DNA from: a virus
Reading direction: 5' to 3' (one strand)
Virus record (IMG/VR): IMGVR_UViG_3300014613_000017
Coordinates: 32,001-96,000 of that record
Length of the DNA: 64,000 bases
Below, one piece after another: positions 56,218 to 64,000 of this stretch (its first letter is position 1; each line of letters starts with the position of its first letter). A model generated the notes under the pieces. It had not been told where the DNA came from. It saw nothing but the letters and a program-made list of their open reading frames with translations, and made no database searches. Position numbers and translations under genes: made by a program.

Positions 56218-57732
56218 TTGAAAGTAAAAAACACTCTTAACTTTGATGGAAGTGTTGTAGAATCTGAAAACTTTAACAGTTCATTCTATAAGGTAAAAAT
56301 GAAAGTTTTCGCATTTGGAGATAACAGGAATGGATCGAATTTTTCACCATCTAGCTTCTCTGAGCAAACTCAGAAAAGTATCTCATTAATTCCTATTGTT
56401 GCTAAGTACAATGCAGAGGAAGACGATTTAGAAGGTCACAATGTCACTCTGAAAAAAGACAACAATGGTGAATATGAATTCTATTTTGATACTTACCCAA
56501 TTGGCGTTGTTTCAAATGACAACAATATTACTCTAGAAGAAGTTAATGAAGGCACAGAAGATACGCCAGACATTAAAACATACGTCATAGTAGATAACAT
56601 TTACCTGTGGAAACGCTATGAGGCTACTAAGAAGATTATTTCTTGGTTAGAGGAAGGCGTTTCACCAAAAATCAGCATGGAAATTGATAATGTTCAAGGT
56701 CAGTTTAGTGACAATGGATATTTCCAGATTGAATCGTTTGAGTTTCAAGCTATTACTGCTTTAGGAAGTGAAATTGAACCTTGTTTCCCTCGTGCAGAAA
56801 TTGAAACGTATGCGAAACAGGATTTCAAAGAAGAATTTAAAGCACTGGTTTATGAACTCAATGAAACACTTAAAATAAACCAGCAAGGAGGTACAGGAAT
56901 GGAAGACATCAAAGAAACAGAAGTAATCGAAGTGGCAGAAAATTTCGAGGAAACTCCAGTCGTTGAAACGGAAGTTGTTGAAGAAGTTGTTGCAGAACAA
57001 TTTGAAACTCCAGCAGAAGAAGAAACGATTGAAGTAGTTGCAGAAGAATTCGAAGCTGAAACAGTTGAATCAACTGAAGAAGTGACTACAGAAGAAGTTG
57101 TTGAAGTTGAGGAAGCTCAGCAAGAACAACCTGTTCAAGAATTCGCTTTAACAGCTCGTCAACTACAAGATCAACTTCGCAATGCATTAAGCAAAGAAAC
57201 ACACGTTGACCGTTGGGGAGACTCATGCCGTAACTATTGGTATGTAGACCACACAGATTCAGCAGTAATCTTTGAGAATGTTCAAGATGGCTATCAACTA
57301 TATGCGACAGATTACACATTAAACGGGGACAATGTTGAACTGCAACTTAATGACGCATACAAGGTGAAAGTTGAGTATGTAGCATTTGAGGGAGATTCAG
57401 TAGCATTCACAGCTAATCATGAGCGTTTCGAGTCTGAGCAATCAGCAACTCAAGCTAAGATTGATACTTTGAACTCTTACAAACGCACTCGTGAAGAAGA
57501 AGATTTACAAGCTAAATTTGCTGATAAACTATCAGCAGAAGAATTCACTCAGGTATTCACAGAAATGAAAGAATTAGAGTTGGATAAAGTTGAAGAGAAA
57601 TTATTCGCATTAATTGGCAAGAAAAACTTCACAGTTAGCAAACCAGCAACACAAGTTAATAAAGTATCATTCTCGTTGCCAAAGGAAGAGGACACAGTCC
57701 ATAATCCTTATGGCGATATTTTTGAAGATTAA
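56218..57732 (+). CDS. Prohead protease/scaffold (YonD-like)
   Basis: NRNGS, ISMEI, ITALG...PCF protease-like region; acidic linker; precedes capsid genes. Confidence 0.75.
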   Translation: MKVKNTLNFDGSVVESENFNSSFYKVKMKVFAFGDNRNGSNFSPSSFSEQTQKSISLIPIVAKYNAEEDDLEGHNVTLKKDNNGEYEFYFDTYPIGVVSNDNNITLEEVNEGTEDTPDIKTYVIVDNIYLWKRYEATKKIISWLEEGVSPKISMEIDNVQGQFSDNGYFQIESFEFQAITALGSEIEPCFPRAEIETYAKQDFKEEFKALVYELNETLKINQQGGTGMEDIKETEVIEVAENFEETPVVETEVVEEVVAEQFETPAEEETIEVVAEEFEAETVESTEEVTTEEVVEVEEAQQEQPVQEFALTARQLQDQLRNALSKETHVDRWGDSCRNYWYVDHTDSAVIFENVQDGYQLYATDYTLNGDNVELQLNDAYKVKVEYVAFEGDSVAFTANHERFESEQSATQAKIDTLNSYKRTREEEDLQAKFADKLSAEEFTQVFTEMKELELDKVEEKLFALIGKKNFTVSKPATQVNKVSFSLPKEEDTVHNPYGDIFED

Positions 57733-57762
57733 ATAATAAGAAAACAAATGGAGGAATAAATA

Positions 57763-58302
57763 ATGGTAGTTAAATCAGTAGTACGTTTAGATGATTCAAG
57801 ATTTCCAAATGGAGATGTGTTCAATGTTCGTGGAACAGTGGCACTTCAAAATGGTTATGTAGGTAAGTTAGGGGCAGTTGAGGCAGCTAATCGTGATATT
57901 CGTGCTTTAGTAGCACCAACTTCAGTAGATAAGATTGTTCTTGTCGCTAATCCAGCAATGATTTATGATAATGGTCGTTTAGGCTCAGGCTTAGAAAACC
58001 AATACGAAATGGAAGCAAATGAAGCTGTTCGTGCATATGGGTTACGTGAAACATATGAGCTAGGCATCTCTCGTGAAGGTATTACTTTAGTTGGTGCAGC
58101 GGCTGTTGCAGGAAACTATGTTGTTGTTGCTGACGGTTCTCATAAATTAAAAGAAATTACAGCAGCAGCTTATGACGCACTTGTTACTAAACCAGCTTTT
58201 GCAGGAAAAATCATCCGTGAAGATGCAGTTGGTGGAGCATTAGCTATTAACGTTTCACAAACACCAACTATTTATGTAGTTTTTGAAGTCGTATCTAACT
58301 AA
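57763..58302 (+). CDS. Head decoration/structural protein (YonC-like)
   Basis: Position before major capsid; synteny. Confidence 0.65.
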   Translation: MVVKSVVRLDDSRFPNGDVFNVRGTVALQNGYVGKLGAVEAANRDIRALVAPTSVDKIVLVANPAMIYDNGRLGSGLENQYEMEANEAVRAYGLRETYELGISREGITLVGAAAVAGNYVVVADGSHKLKEITAAAYDALVTKPAFAGKIIREDAVGGALAINVSQTPTIYVVFEVVSN

Positions 58303-58334
58303 AAATAAATTATAATTTAATGGAGGAATAAACA

Positions 58335-59348
58335 ATGGTAAATAAATTAGAATTAGTAGCGACATGTGTAGGTGTTGTAAACAACCCTGAGCATGTACAA
58401 CAGTTTTCGAAAGGCAAAAACCCTGACGCAGTAATCCGAGGAAAATTCTTCGAAATTATGGGTACAGAAAAGCCAACAATGAAAGATATCCGTCGTCATA
58501 AAGTTGAAATCTTCGAAATTATTGAAGAGGTTTTAACAGAAACATATCTTAAAGGCGTAGAAGAAGATGAGTTCTTCATGCGTTTCGCTGAGGTTCGTAA
58601 CCTTAAATTAGGGGATTCTCAAGAATTCTTTATTGAAGATGAAGGTATCGTTATTGTTTCTGAACACGCAGGGAATAACTGGAAAATTTCTCGTCAAAAA
58701 ATGGAAGGCGGAGCACCATTCTCTATTCGTACTAAAGCTTACGCTGCTGCAATTTACGGAGACTTCTTCCTATTTATTACAGGTCGTTTAACTTTCGGTA
58801 AACTAGTTGAAAAAGTTGCTAAAGGTATTCAAAACAAAATCTACGAAGAGGTTGCAGCATCATTCGCTTCAGGTTCAGCTAACTTGCCAACTGTATTCAA
58901 AGAAACTGGAACATACGCTCAAGACAAATTAATTTCTCTTGTATCTCACGTTGCGGCGGCTACAGGTACTGAGCCAATCGTTGTTGGTACTCGTGCAGGA
59001 ATTGCTACAGTAACTGCTGGTTTAAATGCAAATATGTATTCAGATGACATGAAGAATGAGCTTAACAACACAGGTCGTGTATCAAATGTAAATGGTATGA
59101 CTCTTGTTCAGTTACCTGCTGTTCATAAAGCTAACACTTTCGATTTTGCTTATGATGACAAACAATTGTTAGTTTTACCTGCTAACGATGATCGTTTTAT
59201 CAAAATCGTTTTCGAAGGCGAAGATTGGGTTAAAGAAACTACTGACAATACAGTTAATGAAGATATGTCTTTTGAGTATAAATTCATTACTAAGTTCGGT
59301 ACAGCTACTATCTTCTCAAGCCTTTTCGGAGTTTACACTTTATCTTAA
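58335..59348 (+). CDS. Major capsid protein (YonB-like)
   Basis: 337 aa, strong RBS, highly expressed codon usage, position. Confidence 0.8.
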   Translation: MVNKLELVATCVGVVNNPEHVQQFSKGKNPDAVIRGKFFEIMGTEKPTMKDIRRHKVEIFEIIEEVLTETYLKGVEEDEFFMRFAEVRNLKLGDSQEFFIEDEGIVIVSEHAGNNWKISRQKMEGGAPFSIRTKAYAAAIYGDFFLFITGRLTFGKLVEKVAKGIQNKIYEEVAASFASGSANLPTVFKETGTYAQDKLISLVSHVAAATGTEPIVVGTRAGIATVTAGLNANMYSDDMKNELNNTGRVSNVNGMTLVQLPAVHKANTFDFAYDDKQLLVLPANDDRFIKIVFEGEDWVKETTDNTVNEDMSFEYKFITKFGTATIFSSLFGVYTLS

Positions 59349-59445
59349 TTACCAAATTAATAAATTATAATTTAAACACTCTTAGTCTCTTATGACTTTG
59401 AGTGTTTTCTTACAAAAATCATCGAATAAAAGGAGAATGCTACAA

Positions 59446-60042
59446 ATGGCTAAACAAACAAATAAAACAACAGGTGCACCTCGTAAAACTACACCTAAAA
59501 AAGAGACAGCAAAAAAAGTTGAGACTGTTGAAACAGAAACTGCTGAAGTTGAAGCACCAGTAGTAGAAAAGGCTAAACCAGCTCGTGCCAAACGTGTTGA
59601 AATTGACCGTGACGAATTAATTGCTTGCCGAAATGCAGTAGATGGAAGTCTTATTTATATAAGCGACCAAACGAGACAAAAATACAATTGGGATTCATAT
59701 GGTCGAGTTCAGTATATTACAATGGGCGAACTAATGGTTATGCAAGGTTCTCAGCCTAGATTTCTAGATGATGTATGGTTAATCATTGACGATGAAGAAG
59801 CTGCTCAGTATCTTGGTTTAACTAAGCGATACGAGTCACTAGTTGGACTAGAAGATTTAGACGCTTTCTTTGATTTATCTTTAAAGGAAATTGAAGAAAT
59901 ACTCCCTAAACTTCCTAATGGACTTAAAACAACTGTAGCGACAAGAGCACGAAAACTTATCCAAGAGAAGAAGCTAGATAGCGGAAACAAAATTAGACTT
60001 CTTGAGGAAAAGTTAAATATCGAATTAAAGATGTTTGAATAG
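59446..60042 (+). CDS. Virion morphogenesis protein (YonA-like)
   Basis: Low-complexity N-terminus; synteny. Confidence 0.6.
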   Translation: MAKQTNKTTGAPRKTTPKKETAKKVETVETETAEVEAPVVEKAKPARAKRVEIDRDELIACRNAVDGSLIYISDQTRQKYNWDSYGRVQYITMGELMVMQGSQPRFLDDVWLIIDDEEAAQYLGLTKRYESLVGLEDLDAFFDLSLKEIEEILPKLPNGLKTTVATRARKLIQEKKLDSGNKIRLLEEKLNIELKMFE

Positions 60043-60058
60043 AAAGGTGTGCATGTAA

Positions 60059-60493
60059 ATGGCTACACCATTCGGTGATATATATACACTATTTCTTTCT
60101 CAAGTTACAGATTATGAACTAGCTGTAATGGATGAAACCTCATTAGATGAAAACTTACAATTTTGGTTAATGAGTGCAATTGGATTCTTTTCTAACTGTC
60201 GTCAAGATATATCTGAATTTGACTTAACAGCAAAACAATTCATTGCTGATCTAACAATAAATGAAAAACAAATCTTATCTAAATTTATGGTTGTTGTTTA
60301 TTTAGACACACACCTAATCAAAGAAGATTTAATGAAACAAACATTAAACTCCAAAGACTATCGAATGTACTCTCCAGCTAATCAAATCAAAGCACTAATT
60401 GAAATCAAATCCAAAATCAACTCAGAAGCAAACACACTCATGTCACGCTATTCCTACAGCCTCAAAAACCTAAAGGAATTGTTTAAACCATGA
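60059..60493 (+). CDS. Head-tail adaptor (YomZ-like)
   Basis: MATPFGDIY start; position. Confidence 0.6.
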   Translation: MATPFGDIYTLFLSQVTDYELAVMDETSLDENLQFWLMSAIGFFSNCRQDISEFDLTAKQFIADLTINEKQILSKFMVVVYLDTHLIKEDLMKQTLNSKDYRMYSPANQIKALIEIKSKINSEANTLMSRYSYSLKNLKELFKP

Positions 60494-60807
60494 CTCTACT
60501 TTCAAACTCGGATTATAGAAACTATCTAATCGACCTAAAGAACAGAGTATATAAAATCCTGCCTCTATATGAGGAAGAAAATGAGTGTTTAACAGAATAC
60601 ATTGACAGTGTATGCTTTGAGCTTTATGGACTAAGAAAATTAATTGCAGATTTGCCACATGGTATTTGGTACATTAAATCGTTAGCTACATTGGAACAAA
60701 TGAAAGTTGAAACATTAAATGTTGGACACAAGAAGAGAGTTAAAAAAGAAACGTTCAAAGTGTTAAAACTAATCGACAACCAAATAGATGTATTGAAAGG
60801 AGAATGA
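60490..60807 (+). CDS. Hypothetical protein in head-tail region
   Basis: ATGA overlap; position. Confidence 0.55.
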   Translation: MTLLSNSDYRNYLIDLKNRVYKILPLYEEENECLTEYIDSVCFELYGLRKLIADLPHGIWYIKSLATLEQMKVETLNVGHKKRVKKETFKVLKLIDNQIDVLKGE

Positions 60808-60811
60808 GAAC

Positions 60812-61474
60812 ATGAGTATTTATAAGTCTTATCGTGATCGAGTCACTGTTTCAGGAACTTCTATGCAAGATGCTGTACAGGGAACAACTAAAAGACAGCA
60901 ATTAAATTTCATCATGAACTCCCCTTCTCTTTCGTATGTCAAATTGAACAGCGGCATTGAAAACCTCCCTTGTATCGTATCTGATAAAGATTCGTTTAAT
61001 AAAAGGGAGTTTTTATTTCTACCTGACTCAATTATAAATGTTGGTGATTATATTCACTATGATACGTTTACTTACTTGGCTACCGACAGAAACAGAAATG
61101 ATATTTATCCTGAACTAACAGGCGAATTATGCAATGACACTTATAAACTGACTACAGGAACTATTAAAACGCTTGTTGGACACGATGACTTTGGTAAGCC
61201 TATTTATGATTACATGGATCAGACGGAGAATATTCCTTGCGTAATGACAACTAAATCATATAGCACAGCAGAAAATGCACCTATTCCTTTACCTGATGGA
61301 AGCATGATATTAAAACTTCCTTATACACAGGGAATGTATCCAAATATTAATGATGAGTTTATTCATAGAGAAATACAGTACCAAGTTACTGATGTCCTAT
61401 ATGAAAATGTCATCCAAGAAATCGGATACGTTGAAGTTAGGTTGAAGACTGAGGTGAACACTAGTGGCAATTAA
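60812..61474 (+). CDS. Head closure/neck protein (YomX-like)
   Basis: Position and beta-rich sequence. Confidence 0.55.
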   Translation: MSIYKSYRDRVTVSGTSMQDAVQGTTKRQQLNFIMNSPSLSYVKLNSGIENLPCIVSDKDSFNKREFLFLPDSIINVGDYIHYDTFTYLATDRNRNDIYPELTGELCNDTYKLTTGTIKTLVGHDDFGKPIYDYMDQTENIPCVMTTKSYSTAENAPIPLPDGSMILKLPYTQGMYPNINDEFIHREIQYQVTDVLYENVIQEIGYVEVRLKTEVNTSGN

Positions 61475-61973
61475 ACAAGGCTCAATGAGACAGGTTATAA
61501 ACAACATAAATCAGATACTAATCAATGATGAAGAGCTGCTAAGACTGTTGTATTACTCTCCTAGAGATGCTACTCACCTTGACCCATTAGATGAGACACT
61601 TCCCAATGTAAAAGACTTTGAAACTTATTGGGATGTCGTTGATGATCGCATTATGTTAGCTGAAAAAGATTCAGACTTAAGCACAAAAGCGATTTGTCGT
61701 ATTTATATATCAGCAGGAAGACGTAGACCAGTGTTTGATAACTACTACCTAGTTACTCAAGAAGTCATGATTAGTGTATACACACATGAAACATATGAGA
61801 AGGATATGCGTTCTGCATGGATATCAGATAGAGTTAGTGAGTTATTAGCATTGGAATACATTGAAGGCACATTGAGCCATAAGATGGAATACGTTGGTGG
61901 CAATCCTCGTGTTGCTCCTGTTCAATATAAGAAATACGAACATATTTATGAATATGTAACGAAGAAGAAGTGA
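61464..61973 (+). CDS. Tail terminator-like protein (YomW-like)
   Basis: NDEELLRLLYY motif; position. Confidence 0.55.
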   Translation: MAIKQGSMRQVINNINQILINDEELLRLLYYSPRDATHLDPLDETLPNVKDFETYWDVVDDRIMLAEKDSDLSTKAICRIYISAGRRRPVFDNYYLVTQEVMISVYTHETYEKDMRSAWISDRVSELLALEYIEGTLSHKMEYVGGNPRVAPVQYKKYEHIYEYVTKKK

Positions 61974-61979
61974 TGAATT

Positions 61980-62723
61980 ATGGATGATAAAGATTTTTAT
62001 ATCTTCGGATTACCTGTACAGACTGAATTTGGTGAAATAAGATTCTTAACTTACTTGGAGTATCTTCAAAATTTGTCAGAGCTGTCTGCCATGAGTCAGA
62101 ATGTATTGCATATTTATTATCAATACAAGAATCACTATGACAGAATGAAGTTAGATGAAGATACAAAGAAAGAAATTGAAGAGTCTTTAGACGCTCTAAA
62201 GAATGAGTCTTTATTAGATATTGTAATGAACAGAGATGATCTTGAAGTAGCATATAGAAAAATATTCAATTTAGTTATAGCTGACAAAAAAGTAGTAAAC
62301 ATGATACTCAGTGATGAAGACATGTTTATGACATATAGAAAACTAGTATTAGATATGAATATGATGACTGAAAGCTTAGTGTCTCCTAATCCAGAAATTC
62401 AAAAAGGATATGAAAGAAGTAAACGAGCTAAAGTGTCAGCCAATCAAGACAAGCAATCATTTGGTGATATTATATCAATAATTGTAGTTGGTGCAGGGAT
62501 ATTACCACAAGATGTTGCTCGTATGACAGTATTACAAGTTTACTCAACATACTTTAGAATTTCTAGATTTCAGAATTACACTACAACTACATTGTTTGCA
62601 ACAGTGTCTGAAAAGGTTCAAATCGAAAGCTGGGCAGCTCACGTTAATATGTGGGAACAAGATAGTCATGCAATTGAGTATAGCAAGTTCAAGAACACAA
62701 CAGGTAATATGCTTAATGATTAA
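61980..62723 (+). CDS. Tail assembly protein (YomV-like)
   Basis: Synteny before major tail gene. Confidence 0.5.
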   Translation: MDDKDFYIFGLPVQTEFGEIRFLTYLEYLQNLSELSAMSQNVLHIYYQYKNHYDRMKLDEDTKKEIEESLDALKNESLLDIVMNRDDLEVAYRKIFNLVIADKKVVNMILSDEDMFMTYRKLVLDMNMMTESLVSPNPEIQKGYERSKRAKVSANQDKQSFGDIISIIVVGAGILPQDVARMTVLQVYSTYFRISRFQNYTTTTLFATVSEKVQIESWAAHVNMWEQDSHAIEYSKFKNTTGNMLND

Positions 62724-62769
62724 TTTATTAAGCATAGATAAATTTTTAAAAATATTAGGAGGAAATTAA

Positions 62770-63504
62770 ATGAAATTATTAGTTACAGACACAGCAGACG
62801 TAGTTATGAAACGTAAATCAGATGGACATGTTTTCATTACTACTGAAGCTCAATTAACGTCTATTAGTCAGACATTAGGTATCAACGAAAAAATCTATGG
62901 TGGAATTGGTAACAAGCCACTTGCTATCATGAAGGGTCAAAAAGAGATTACATCTTCTTTGCGTAATGCATTCTATGATCAAGAGTTCTTGTCGTTAACT
63001 CAAGGTGTATCTATTACAGAAAACGGAACAGCTACAATCGCTCACACAGAAAAAGGTCTAAAAGTTGTGGACAATGTAGGTGTACTTGAAGTAACAATCA
63101 CTGGTACTCCAGTAGGTGCAACAGCTTATGTACGTAACGCAAAAGGTGAAACTGAGTCTGCTGCAATCACTTCTTCAAAAGTAACTGTTCCAGCAGGACA
63201 CGCTATTGTTGGCGAAACGGTTTCAGTAACATACGATATGTCGATAACTGGTAGCATTGTTGAGTTAGATGGGGAAAAATTTGCTGAAGCATATGAGCTT
63301 GAGTATCATACAATTGCTTATAACCCAGATACAAACAGAGTAGTAAAAGATATTTACATTCAATTAGACCACGTTATTCCGATTGATGAATTTGAGTTGA
63401 GCTTAGAAAATGGTACGGCAATCGCACCAGAAGTTAACTTCGAATGTTTAACTGCGCCAAACTCTACATCAATTGGACGTATTATCGAAGTTGATCGTGT
63501 ATAA
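62770..63504 (+). CDS. Major tail tube protein (YomU-like)
   Basis: YGGIGNKPL motif; FELSLENG..APEVNF; strong RBS. Confidence 0.7.
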   Translation: MKLLVTDTADVVMKRKSDGHVFITTEAQLTSISQTLGINEKIYGGIGNKPLAIMKGQKEITSSLRNAFYDQEFLSLTQGVSITENGTATIAHTEKGLKVVDNVGVLEVTITGTPVGATAYVRNAKGETESAAITSSKVTVPAGHAIVGETVSVTYDMSITGSIVELDGEKFAEAYELEYHTIAYNPDTNRVVKDIYIQLDHVIPIDEFELSLENGTAIAPEVNFECLTAPNSTSIGRIIEVDRV

Positions 63505-63526
63505 TTAATAAATTATAATTATTATT

Positions 63527-63557
63527 AGAGGGCAGATTTATCTGTTCCTCTTTTTAC
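63527..63557 (+). terminator. Rho-independent terminator
   Basis: AGAGGGCAGATTTATCTGTTCCTCT followed by a T run. Confidence 0.6.
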
Positions 63558-63610
63558 ATAGCAGCACAATTTAATTAGCGTGTTGCAAATGAAAACAAGG
63601 AGGAATCACA

Positions 63611-64000
63611 ATGACAACTAAAACAAAAAAAGCAAATCAACCTTCAACAAAAAATAAGCGTCAACGCAATATAAAGCTATCGGATATTCAAGCTAAACAA
63701 AAAGATATTAATAAGCTATCCACACATGTTTACGACAAAGAAAATAATATTGTAATTCGTTACAATGAAAAATTTAATCCAGCAACAACTGAGAAACTTT
63801 TAAATCTTACTTATGACAACTTAGTTTTTGCGGAAAAGAACAATATTAACTACTTCAAAAATGACACAGCTTTCTTGCAATATATTTACTTTTTAATAAT
63901 CAAGTTTTACAGCAATTTAGGTAAGGACATTCCTGACAAATTAGATGAGCAAATACCAGTATTCCATAGCATTATCGAAACAGGTCTATTTGAATTATTC
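63611..64000 (+). CDS. Tail assembly chaperone-like protein (partial)
   Basis: AGGAGG RBS; MTTKTKKANQ...; follows tail tube gene. Confidence 0.55.
   Translation, partial: MTTKTKKANQPSTKNKRQRNIKLSDIQAKQKDINKLSTHVYDKENNIVIRYNEKFNPATTEKLLNLTYDNLVFAEKNNINYFKNDTAFLQYIYFLIIKFYSNLGKDIPDKLDEQIPVFHSIIETGLFELF

Noticed and set aside
56900-57130. EEVVEE-type repeats in the protease/scaffold gene
   Set aside because: Low-complexity acidic linker of the protein, not a DNA repeat element
3136-62735. Many short ORFs in the track antisense to or nested in clear genes (e.g. 3136, 10336, 17890, 22827, 32171, 35415, 55431, 57086, 61978)
   Set aside because: They overlap better-supported genes with RBSs, lack RBSs themselves, and have atypical composition
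1843-63519. PerR box reading of the TTATAAT-containing motif
   Set aside because: Only half-sites; the motif is asymmetric and polar, unlike the 7-1-7 PerR palindrome

Overview
AT-rich 64 kb segment of a large SPbeta-like Bacillaceae phage or prophage. All family assignments come from motifs and recalled sequences; no database search was run. 1-31.3 kb (minus strand): LAGLIDADG endonuclease (cut by the window edge), SSB, RusA-like resolvase, about 70 small accessory genes (including an Apyc1-like anti-Pycsar nuclease, a YyaC-like spore protease and two terminase-fragment microproteins), a YopP/YopQ/YopR-like lysogeny module with no arbitrium genes nearby, two XRE regulators, an M23 peptidase, a Rep-like module and an orphan nucleotidyltransferase. 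31.3-37 kb: a plus-strand early cassette with ArdA and a T7 Ocr-like DNA mimic, bracketed by inverted repeats, with two Fur-type boxes on the left and a perfect parS on the right. 37-42.6 kb (minus): PD-(D/E)XK endonuclease, wHTH protein, RecD2 helicase. 42.9-64 kb (plus): putative transcription factor, HU, PIN-PhoH, a ~630-nt highly structured ncRNA candidate, YonK/YonJ-like genes, ClpP, terminase, portal, head genes and the start of the tail genes, with two inserted endonucleases. Most striking undescribed signal: a 16-bp TAAAA-N6-TTTTA site at more than 20 accessory-gene junctions, usually containing the upstream stop codon and abutting the next RBS, which suggests an integron-like cassette array. 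No tRNA, rRNA or CRISPR array was recognised.
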